Assembly: GCA_030141605.1 (NCBI GenBank)
Contig: JAQGDQ010002418.1
Coordinates: 1-57,506 of the forward strand
Source: Tubiluchus corallicola
Taxonomy: Eukaryota > Animalia > Priapulida
Direction of reading: 5' to 3'
DNA: 57,506 bases
In this document: positions 40,022 through 48,710 of the stretch, piece after piece
How positions within the stretch are numbered: the first letter of the stretch is position 1
How the letters are laid out: the number at the start of each line of letters is the position of its first letter
The notes under the pieces: generated by a model
What the model saw: only the letters and a program-made list of their open reading frames with translations
Told to the model about the DNA's origin: nothing
Database searches by the model: none
Position numbers and translations under genes: made by a program

Positions 40022-40937
40022 TAACAGTAAGGTTATCTCCATTGGCAACATAGTTTTGGGTGGTACGGGGAAAACCCCCATGACCGTCAAGATTGCCCAA
40101 AAATATCTTGATGACAATAGGAGGGTCTGTATCCTATCCAGAGGTTACAAAGGCCGCCTTGAGAAGGTTACCGGCAAGAAGAATATAGTCTTGAGCGATG
40201 GCTCAACCACACATTACAGTCCTCCTGAAGCTCCGGACGAAGCTTACCTTATCGCAGACAACTGTAAAGGGGCAGTTGTGATAACGGGTAAAGACCGTAG
40301 TGCGTCTTACAAAATAGGCAGAGAGGAGTACAATAGCGAGATATTCATACTTGACGACGGTTTTCAGCATAGAGCTATGGAGAGGGATGTTGATGTCGTT
40401 TTGTTGGATTATGCAAATCCGTTTAGTTGGGGTTTTCTCTTCCCTTTCGGCTATTTGCGGGAGCTCCCGAGTGCATTGAAGAGAAGGGGAGATGTCTTTG
40501 TATTTACAAACTCCGATAAGGATGTCATTCCGGAAAGAGCGAAACCTTATGTACAGGATAAACCGCACTTTTTTGCGTTTGTAAAACCTCTATGGGTATC
40601 AATAGGCGGTAATCGTGAGGGTGTTTCCATTCTTAACGGGTTGAGGTGTTATCTCTTTTCCGGTATCGCTTCTAACAAGAGGTTTTTTAATATGGTGGAA
40701 AGTCTTGGGGCGGATATTGTGCACGCCAAAGCTCATCTTGACCACTGTAGCTACAGTCTTGCGTATCTTCTGGAAGTCGTCGGGAAGGCTGATGCTTTGG
40801 GTGTAGATATTATTCTCACAACAGAGAAGGATTTTGTGAAGATACCTGATGAGATAAAGGAAAAGTTCTCCTATCTCAAGATAGAATTGTTTTTGGATAG
40901 GGAGGGTGAATTTTTTAATGTGCTTGACGATTTTTAA
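39996..40937 (+). CDS. lpxK: Tetraacyldisaccharide 4'-kinase
   Basis: ISIGNIVLGGTGKTP, SRGYKG, LDDGFQH, TTEKD. Probable start GTG 40011. Confidence 0.95.
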   Translation: MKGTIVTSNNSKVISIGNIVLGGTGKTPMTVKIAQKYLDDNRRVCILSRGYKGRLEKVTGKKNIVLSDGSTTHYSPPEAPDEAYLIADNCKGAVVITGKDRSASYKIGREEYNSEIFILDDGFQHRAMERDVDVVLLDYANPFSWGFLFPFGYLRELPSALKRRGDVFVFTNSDKDVIPERAKPYVQDKPHFFAFVKPLWVSIGGNREGVSILNGLRCYLFSGIASNKRFFNMVESLGADIVHAKAHLDHCSYSLAYLLEVVGKADALGVDIILTTEKDFVKIPDEIKEKFSYLKIELFLDREGEFFNVLDDF

Positions 40938-40952
40938 GTCTAATGTTATCTT
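40924..40952 (+). promoter_or_regulatory. Putative sigma70 promoter of the aminotransferase gene
   Basis: TTGACG-N17-TATCTT followed by a GGAGGT RBS. Confidence 0.4.
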
Positions 40953-40985
40953 AAACGTGATTTTATATACTTTTGGAGGTGGTTC

Positions 40986-42290
40986 ATGAATGCTCTCGCG
41001 CAAGAGCTTAACGCTATGATAAAAGGGGAGAATCCTGCTGTTTACGAAATGCTTTCATCTTTGGGTAAGAGTATGTTTTTCCCAAAAGGGATCCTCACAC
41101 AGACTGCGGAGGCAAACCAGAAGGCTCACAAATTTAATGCGACGATAGGTATTGCCACAGAGAATGGCGTGCCCATGCATCTTGGATGTCTTCACGAGCC
41201 TTTGAAAGCTTTTGAACCGAAAGACCTTTTTAATTACGCTCCGGCAAGTGGCAATCCAAAACTCAGGGATGCCTGGAAGGAGAAGATGTATAGAGAAAAC
41301 CCCAACTTAAAGGGTTCAGAGGTCAGCTCTCCTGTCGTGACGAATGCTTTGACGCATGGTTTGAGTATAGTTGCGGATCTGTTTGTGGATGAGGGGGACA
41401 TGATAGTTCTTCCGGATCAGTATTGGGGCAACTATCGCCTTACGTTTGCCGTACGTTGCGGCGGTGAAATATCGGCATACAACACCTTTACGGAGGCCGG
41501 CGGATTTGATGTTGATGCTCTGCTTGCAAAGGTCAAGGAGTGCGGCACCATCAAGGGCAAGGTTGTGGTTTTGTTAAACTTCCCCAACAACCCCTCAGGA
41601 TATAGCATAACTTCCGAAGAAGCCCACAAGATAGCGGATGGATTGGCTGTTCTAGCTGAAAGCGGCATAAAGATGGTAGTCGTGACGGATGATGCTTATT
41701 TTGGGTTGTTTTACGAAGACGATGTATGTAAAGAGTCCATATTTGGGCTTTTGGTGGGTCGTTCGTCAAATCTTCTCAGCATTAAGCTCGATGGCGTTAC
41801 CAAAGAGGAGTTTGCCTGGGGCTTTAGGGTCGGTTTTATCACTTTTGGCTCCACTGGCGGCGCTCAAAGCGAGACGTTTACAGCCTTAGAGAAGAAGGTT
41901 GCAGGTCTCATCAGGGGCACTATATCGAATTGTGCCACACCGTCTCAGACATTTGTGTTGAAGGCTCTTGGGGATGACAGGCTTGAAGCCCAGAAGGCGG
42001 AAAAGTTCCAGATACTGAAAGAGAGAGCCCTTGCCGTTAAGAGTGTGCTGGGGAGCGGAAAATATGACGATGAATTTGAGAGCTACCCATTTAACTCCGG
42101 ATACTTTATGTGTATTAAGCTGAAGGGCGTCAATTCTGAAGAGTTGCGGGTGCTTTTGTTGGATAAGTATGGCGTTGGCACCATCGCAAGCGATAGTACG
42201 GATTTGCGTATAGCTTTTTCGTGCATTGAGAAGGGCGATGTTGAGGAGTTATTTGACATTGTGCGTCAGGGGTGTCTTGAGCTCAAGTGA
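40986..42290 (+). CDS. Class I/II PLP-dependent aminotransferase
   Basis: NFPNNPSG, DDAY, DGVTKEEFAWGFRVG, LRIAFS. Confidence 0.93.
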   Translation: MNALAQELNAMIKGENPAVYEMLSSLGKSMFFPKGILTQTAEANQKAHKFNATIGIATENGVPMHLGCLHEPLKAFEPKDLFNYAPASGNPKLRDAWKEKMYRENPNLKGSEVSSPVVTNALTHGLSIVADLFVDEGDMIVLPDQYWGNYRLTFAVRCGGEISAYNTFTEAGGFDVDALLAKVKECGTIKGKVVVLLNFPNNPSGYSITSEEAHKIADGLAVLAESGIKMVVVTDDAYFGLFYEDDVCKESIFGLLVGRSSNLLSIKLDGVTKEEFAWGFRVGFITFGSTGGAQSETFTALEKKVAGLIRGTISNCATPSQTFVLKALGDDRLEAQKAEKFQILKERALAVKSVLGSGKYDDEFESYPFNSGYFMCIKLKGVNSEELRVLLLDKYGVGTIASDSTDLRIAFSCIEKGDVEELFDIVRQGCLELK

Positions 42291-42443
42291 CGGGGGCTCT
42301 TCTTGACTTAGATTTTGGGTGTCGAGCACTTCAGCTGAATGTCGCGGTATGGTCTAAACTGTGGTATAGTTTATTCATCTGTTGGTGCTTGACGCTTTTT
42401 GAATTGCATTGGTAGTATATATAGTTTTGCGGGCTAGATTTTT

Positions 42444-43939
42444 ATGCATAATATTTTCGAAAGCTTTGCTGTGGACCTGAGGGTTGACTTCCATCACAAC
42501 TTTTACCTGTACAACGTTCCCAGAGAGGAGCTTTCCATGGTGGGTGAGGATGGTCTGTTGCATACCAAATCTCCCGATTGGATCAAGGAGCTGATCGCAA
42601 AGAGCCACTCTGAGGGAGTTCTGCTGTTGAGATAAATGGGTTTAGATACCACGTATTTCAGTTGAGCAGCGAGCTGTACATACTTGTCCTTGATTCTGAA
42701 GGGGCTAACCCGTTAAGAGATCTGATTTTCTCCTTTTTTAGCATGCTGACGAGGGACGGCTCTGTGGCCAATTACGAAGGCGTGGACAGAGTCGATATGT
42801 GGAATTTTGCTTCAGTGCTCAATTTCCCCGTATATGCAGTCCAGGCGGACTATGGTATAGTTGGCTATAATCCCGCTTTTCACGAATTTTTTAGTGACGA
42901 TTGCGACCTTATTGGCGATAAATGTTATCGGGTTATCTTCGGCCATGATCACCCTTGTGAAAACTGTTCTGCTAACTTCAGCATCGAAAATGAGGATGAC
43001 TACGTCTATGACAAGATAGGCATAGTCGAGAAGGATCTCAACTATTTTGATTACCGTATAGCCTGCTTTATGGAGCAGGGAGAAACGGTGGTCTACGGCA
43101 TATTGAGAGACGTCACAGAGAAGAAGATGTTCAAGGAGGAGATTGTTCAGCTCAAGAATGATGTTAAAGAGTCTGAAGAGAAACACGACTCTGTCAACGA
43201 GCTGTATGAGAATCTTGTAAATTATCACGACACATCCATCAGCAACATGAAGCTTCAGATAGGGGAATCAGAAACGCATGTCGAGGAGCTTAAAGAGGAG
43301 CTTTCTGGTGTTCGGGAGTCTTTTGAAGCCCTTAAAGGTGAGCTTGAGACTCTTACAGATAAGCACGAACAGAAAGAGAAAACCCTTAAAGAGGAGCTTG
43401 AAGAGCGTATCAGGCTAAAAGAGGAAGAGATCGAGGCGCTAAATGCCAAGTCCGGTACTGGAGAGAAGGTTAGAGAGGTTCTATCTGAGCTTGAGATGAT
43501 CAAGGATGACGCCAAGAGACAGGAAAAAGCGTATAAAGACCTCAAGAGCAGCATAAAGGAGACCTTTATAAACATCCTGTACAAGGTTAAGGATGGCTCA
43601 TTGGACGGTTCCAGCGTTAAGGCGATTATCAAGGCATTCCCTCTTGAAGAGCACAGTATCAAGCTGGTGAAGAAGAAGGTTGTGGCTAAGCCGAAGGCGA
43701 TCGATGATTTTGCTCAGGTGTTGGATGCCATAAGGGGCATGGGTGAGAAGGGAGATTTTTCTAGTATGAACTTTCATATCTTGGGCAGAATAGTGATCTT
43801 ACCTGAAGCGGAATTGATAGAGGACGGGCCTGAAGAATATGCTGCTGAAGTGATAAAGAAGCTCGTTCACAAGCACAACAATGGATACATAACGGATAGG
43901 ATCAAGCTAAAACTGCTCGAGTCTGTGGGGCTTCTGTAG
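42444..43939 (+). pseudogene. PAS-like domain plus coiled-coil protein, frameshifted near 42630
   Basis: ORF 42444..42635 continues in the next frame as EINGFRYHVFQL into 42662..43939. PAS-like YNPAF..GDKCY..PCENC..RDVTEK, then a long E/K-rich coiled coil. Confidence 0.7.
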
Positions 43940-44045
43940 TGGTGTAAGCTGCTGTGTTGGGCGTCTTTTGCGTGTAGCTATGGGCAAACACTAAGGGAGA
44001 ACTCTTTAAGGCTCCTTGTGCTGGTCCGTGAGCCCAGTCCATGTG

Positions 44046-44467
44046 GTTGTCACGTCGTCTCCTGCTTGCTAAACACATCGAGAACATACGTCATCAGAGT
44101 AGACTATACAACACTCCCTCTCGTAGTTGCTTCACGTCGTCCTGTTTCCCTAGCACGTTGAGAAGTTCGAACGTACGTCATCAGATCGCAGTTGCTTCAC
44201 GTCGTCTCCTGCTTACCTAGCACGTTGAGAAGTTCGAACATACGTCATCAGATCGCAGTTGCTTCACGTCGTCTCCTGTTTGCTAAACACATCGAGAGCA
44301 CACGTCATCAGAGTAGACTATACAACATTCCCTCTCGCAGTTGCTTCACGTCGTCTCCTGCTTGCTAAACACATCGAGAACATACGTCATCAGAGTAGAT
44401 TATACAACATTCCCTCTCGTAGTTGCTTCACGTCGTCCTGTTTTCCCAGCACGTTGAGAAGTTCGAA
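44046..44467. repeat. Mosaic tandem array derived from the 3' end of the DJ-1 gene
   Basis: ACGTCATCAGA at 44088, 44175, 44242, 44302 and 44384; GTTGCTTCACGTCGT five times plus a degenerate copy; the last unit is the gene end. Confidence 0.92.
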
Positions 44468-44941
44468 TGCAAATGCCGGTGTGGTTGCGGGGCCTCTGGA
44501 CGTCGTTATGTTGCCGTCTGTTACCACAAGGTCCTCCACATAGTTTGCACGTTTGAATTCTTCCCTGTATGCGGGGTATGACGTCAGATTCTTCCCTTTT
44601 GTTATGCCGGCAAACTCTAATATTGTGGGTGATGCGCATATTGCAGCGATATGTTTTCCATCCTTATTAAATTTCTTCAGAATCTTGATAACTTTTTCAT
44701 TACTTTTTAGATTTTCCATGCCGTCATGTCCGCCTGGAAGTATTACCATATCGTAAGCATCCTCGTTTAGGTCATCAAGCAACAGATCAGGCACTATCAT
44801 AACATTGTTCGCTCCATTGAGCATATTGCCATTAATTCCTGCAACATCAACATCTACCCCGCCCCTTCTCAATATATCCACAGTAGCTGTCGCTTCTATC
44901 TCTTCAAAACCATCCGCAAGCAGTAACACAACCTTTACCAT
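44390..44941 (-). CDS. DJ-1/YajL/PfpI family protein
   Basis: GFEEIE, LPGG, AAICASP, TTSRGP. Confidence 0.95.
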   Translation of the reverse strand: MVKVVLLLADGFEEIEATATVDILRRGGVDVDVAGINGNMLNGANNVMIVPDLLLDDLNEDAYDMVILPGGHDGMENLKSNEKVIKILKKFNKDGKHIAAICASPTILEFAGITKGKNLTSYPAYREEFKRANYVEDLVVTDGNITTSRGPATTPAFAFELLNVLGKQDDVKQLREGMLYNLL

Positions 44942-45079
44942 AAGCGACCTCCTTCTTAACGATTTGCCTCGATCCTCCCCAATATTGCGTCATTAGGTTT
45001 AGTATGTCAACCCATATGTTTGTTGACTTTGTGTTAGGATATTATAAAATAGTGGTGCGGCTGTTTTTATGGTGATCAT

Positions 45080-45943
45080 GTGAGAGTTTTATACATTTTT
45101 CTATCAGTTTCTGCGTTGTTTGCTTTTTCCGTTTTTAATATATTTGCATACGGTTTTAAGCCTTTGCCCGCCAGTATTGATCAGTACTATTCTTCGACTG
45201 ATGAGCCCAACAAGTTTATCATGCTGATGGAAGGGATAGGAATTGCAAATGTCGGGTTTAAAAAAGCCCTTGCTGCCAAGGACTATCAGGAGGCTGAAAG
45301 GTGGCTGGCGAGCTTAATGATCAACTATTTGAGTATTGGTCACATGGTTCCTGAGTGGGATGTATCGGGTGATGAGGGTCTACTTATGTCCATGCTCAAC
45401 GCTGCCAGAAATGGTAACGGTGACACCTTAGCCATCTCTCACAACTACCTTGAGAGCAGGTGCTCGTCCTGTCACGACAGTTATGCTCACGTTGTCCTGA
45501 TGAAATATGACGTGCCCCGAAGCTATGACATAATGGTGAAAAACCATACTGAAGACAGATATGTTTCTTTCAGGGAGCATATGGGGGATCTGGACGATAT
45601 GTATCTCGACATATTTACAGGTATCGCCAGGGGCGGGTGGATTGCCACAAGGATATCATATGAAAACTTCGTCAAGGGACTTGACGCCCTGCAAGACACG
45701 TGCAAGGCTTGCCACTACGATGATGGGGATGCGGCACACGACTTCTTTGATACAGACTACAACGTTACCTTGAGCAAGATCAGGTACTTTATATCCCACA
45801 ACTCGGAAGGAAGCGCCAGTTCGGAACTCAGGGGCTTAAAGCAAGACTACTGTAGAGATTGTCACACCACCCACATGGTGCCCTTGCGCGTCAGGGACGA
45901 ATTTCTAAAACAACGCTCCCCCTCAAAGCAAGCAACGGACTAA
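45080..45943 (+). CDS. Exported triheme c-type cytochrome
   Basis: Signal peptide; CSSCH, CKACH and CRDCH separated by helical-looking segments. Confidence 0.85.
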   Translation: MRVLYIFLSVSALFAFSVFNIFAYGFKPLPASIDQYYSSTDEPNKFIMLMEGIGIANVGFKKALAAKDYQEAERWLASLMINYLSIGHMVPEWDVSGDEGLLMSMLNAARNGNGDTLAISHNYLESRCSSCHDSYAHVVLMKYDVPRSYDIMVKNHTEDRYVSFREHMGDLDDMYLDIFTGIARGGWIATRISYENFVKGLDALQDTCKACHYDDGDAAHDFFDTDYNVTLSKIRYFISHNSEGSASSELRGLKQDYCRDCHTTHMVPLRVRDEFLKQRSPSKQATD

Positions 45944-46284
45944 AACGGAAAGAGAGCCCCAACGCCTAACAATACAGCCCACATGGCACCCTTGCGCGTC
46001 AGGGACGAATTTCTAAAACAACGCTCCCCTTCAAAGCAAGCAACGGACTAAAACGGAAAGAGAGCCCCAACGCCTAACAATACAGCCCACATGGCACCCT
46101 TGCGCGTCAGGGACGAACTTCTAAAACAACGCTCCCCCTCAAAGCAAGCAACGGACTAAAACGGAAAGAGAGCCCCAACGCCTAACAATACAGCCCACAT
46201 GGCACCCCTTGCGCGTCAGGGACGAACCACCACCGGTGGAGATGCCAAGAAACAGCGCCATAGGCACCCTTGCGCGTCAGGGAC
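45871..46284 (+). repeat. 108-bp tandem repeat (3 full units plus 2 partial) including the cytochrome gene's 3' end
   Basis: CCACATGG..CCCTTGCGCGTCAGGGACGAA at 45871, 45979, 46087 and 46195; a further partial copy at 46263. Confidence 0.95.
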
Positions 46285-46429
46285 TTGCTCAATCTGGGAT
46301 CATGCCATCATAAGCGCAGAAAAGCACCACTTGTGTTAGGAACGAGCCCCCCAAAGGGGGGGACCGAAGTATTCCCCGGCTGATAAGTACCGACTTGATC
46401 AGCAGATTATAGCGGATATTCCAGACAAT

Positions 46430-47188
46430 TTATTCGTTTTTCAATATTGCGAGCAGGCGCAGCACTTCCAGATATAGCCACACTAACGTGACCATGAGGG
46501 CAAATGCTCCGAACCATTCCATCTTTTTATTCATCCCACTTGCGGCGTATTTTTCGATTAAGTCAAAATCGAGGGCGAGATTAAGCGTCGCAATCCCTAT
46601 GATCGCGAGGCTGACCAATATTCCCAGCGGGCTGCTTTCGTGAAGGAAAGGGACGCTCATGCCAAAAAAGCCTAGCAGCAAGTTTAACACGTATGTGATA
46701 AATATTCCGAATGTTGCAAATATCACCATTTTTCTAAATTTATCGGTGACCACAATGACCCGAGCTTTGTACAAAACGAGCATACCGCCCAGTATGCCGA
46801 ATGTTATCATCACAGCCTGCAAAGCTATACCGGGAAAACGAAGCTCCAACATGGAGCTGACTCCCCCTAAAAACAGACCCTGACAAGCTGCGTACGCAGG
46901 AGCCGTAATATTTGCAAAAGTGGGCTTAAATATGGTAATGAGTGCAAGCACAAGACCGCCAAACAGACCTATCATCGGCAAATAGACGCCAAGTCCCTGA
47001 CTGGCCATCTCAGCAGGCATGTATGCATTGCTCATCGTTATTTTCCAAGTGTATGATGCAGAAGCGAAGACGATCAGGAGCAGAAGAGCTATCTTGTTTA
47101 TAGTTCCCTGTACGCTCATAACCTCCCCGTCTTTAGTTTGTACTCCCCTAAAAACACTGTCTTTCATAACGGGATTGTTGGACTTCAT
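46430..47188 (-). CDS. Bax inhibitor-1/YccA family membrane protein
   Basis: Seven hydrophobic segments, NLALDFDLIE, LMVTLVWLYLEVLRLL; GGAGG RBS. Confidence 0.9.
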   Translation of the reverse strand: MKSNNPVMKDSVFRGVQTKDGEVMSVQGTINKIALLLLIVFASASYTWKITMSNAYMPAEMASQGLGVYLPMIGLFGGLVLALITIFKPTFANITAPAYAACQGLFLGGVSSMLELRFPGIALQAVMITFGILGGMLVLYKARVIVVTDKFRKMVIFATFGIFITYVLNLLLGFFGMSVPFLHESSPLGILVSLAIIGIATLNLALDFDLIEKYAASGMNKKMEWFGAFALMVTLVWLYLEVLRLLAILKNE

Positions 47189-47415
47189 GTAAACCCTCCT
47201 AAAAACGGCTCTAACAAGCCTCAACAATTATATTACGTATGCATAATTTTTTCAACATTTTTTAAAAAAACTCTTTATTATCATATCTTTTTGTTGAATG
47301 AGGTCAATATATCACATATATTGCATACGTGTTGTTCAAGTTGTTGGTTTTTTAAATTTCAGATGTAAACTTGGTATCATAACTATGTATGCACTTTTTT
47401 TAGGTGGGAATTTTT

Positions 47416-48171
47416 ATGTTTGGTAGGAGGCTTAAGGCGCTCCTTGACGACAGGGGGTTGAGCCAGTCTGCGTTTGCCAAGATTTCAAATATTGACAACA
47501 AGACTTTGAATAACTACGTCAGGGAACGTCGAGATCCTAGACTAGATACGATTATCCACGTTGCAACCTGTTTAGGAGTTCCTTCGGGCTACTTTCTCGG
47601 GGATATGGAGCTTGCCGCACTCGAGAGCAAAGAGAAGAGGGAAGAGCAAAACGTTGTCAAGCAGCCAAACTTTGAGAGTGTGCCGGAGGTAGTCCTTCAT
47701 TACGGGTTGAGACCGACCTCTGATGGCAACATCCAAGATTACGTCTTCATTCCCCTTATGGAATCAAAAGCTGCAGCTTCCCCTTCGGTGATGGAAGTGT
47801 CCAATGAGAATGTCGAAGGTTGGGCATGCATTCATGCGAGCAGATTTGATAAAAATATCATAGGCGACCTCTACGCTTTTCGTGTTCGGGGTGATAGTAT
47901 GTTCCCCCTGCTCATGGATGAAGATATCGTTGCGATAATGTCTGTGGAGCAGATGGATCTATCCGAAATAAGCAAGAAAGATACCTACCTCGTGCGGCTA
48001 AAAGATCCCGCCAGCGGAGAGTACGGCTTATCGTTGAAGAGGATACATGTCCAAGATGACAACCTCCTCGTATTGGTATCAAATAATCCTGAATTTCCTC
48101 CGCTCGCCATGAGTTCCGTTGACGATTTCGCCATTATCGGCAAATTGATTTGGATGTGGCGAGAGATGTGA
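47416..48171 (+). CDS. XRE-HTH plus S24 peptidase (CI/LexA-like) repressor
   Basis: GLSQSAFAK...TLNNY...P HTH; VRGDSMFP (Ser) and LKRI (Lys); IIGKLIW end. Confidence 0.92.
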   Translation: MFGRRLKALLDDRGLSQSAFAKISNIDNKTLNNYVRERRDPRLDTIIHVATCLGVPSGYFLGDMELAALESKEKREEQNVVKQPNFESVPEVVLHYGLRPTSDGNIQDYVFIPLMESKAAASPSVMEVSNENVEGWACIHASRFDKNIIGDLYAFRVRGDSMFPLLMDEDIVAIMSVEQMDLSEISKKDTYLVRLKDPASGEYGLSLKRIHVQDDNLLVLVSNNPEFPPLAMSSVDDFAIIGKLIWMWREM

Positions 48172-48281
48172 GGATTTGTCCTTTTTGCCGAACTCGTCAC
48201 GGCTTCTAAAGTTGCCGCGTGTTTGCACTACTGACATATACAACCCGTCCCTGAAATTTCTCAATGCCGCTTTATTTGCAG

Positions 48282-48310
48282 TTGACTTGTCTTCATTTTG
48301 AAGATATAAT
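48282..48310 (+). promoter_or_regulatory. Sigma70 promoter with palindromic operator, upstream of the head operon
   Basis: TTGACT-TG-TCTTCA-TTT-TGAAGA-TATAAT (17-bp spacer); same layout as 34461..34489. Confidence 0.9.
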
Positions 48311-48463
48311 ATCATCCTTCGGTTATGGTGTGTAAATAACACGTCGAGAGATCTCTACCTTCTTATCTTTTTTTTATTTTATCCGGTATTCTGTTCTTTT
48401 TCGAAGTTCTAATGTTTTCTTTATCTTTTGATATTCTTGTTTGTTTATGGAGGTCACAATTTT

Positions 48464-48685
48464 ATGAGTATAGTTGATGATTTTGACAGATATTTGCCTA
48501 CAAAGCGGATTCTTGCTGCATCGGATGTTGCAAGTTTCTTGAGTATTTCCGATAGAACGGTGCGGAACATGTGTTGGTCCGGCGAGTTTGAGTCGGCGAT
48601 CAAGGTGGGAAGAATGGGGCAATGGCGCATTCCCCGTCCCAGCGTGAAGTTTTATCTCGAGAAGAGACTTGAAGAATGGGATTGA
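48464..48685 (+). CDS. Excisionase/MerR-like (HTH_17) small DNA-binding protein
   Basis: LAASDVASFLSISDRTVRNM..GEF..AIKVG...WRIP; GGAGG RBS before ATG 48464. Confidence 0.85.
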   Translation: MSIVDDFDRYLPTKRILAASDVASFLSISDRTVRNMCWSGEFESAIKVGRMGQWRIPRPSVKFYLEKRLEEWD

Positions 48686-48710
48686 CGTAGTTTACGTTGG
48701 TGGTCTTTAG

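Noticed and set aside
44046-44467. CRISPR array
   Set aside because: The apparent spacers are themselves repeated and derive from the adjacent gene end; the period is irregular and no cas genes are present.
45006-45027. GTCAAC-N10-GTTGAC inverted repeat as an operator
   Set aside because: Explained equally well by back-to-back -35 boxes of the divergent genes; no second copy noticed.
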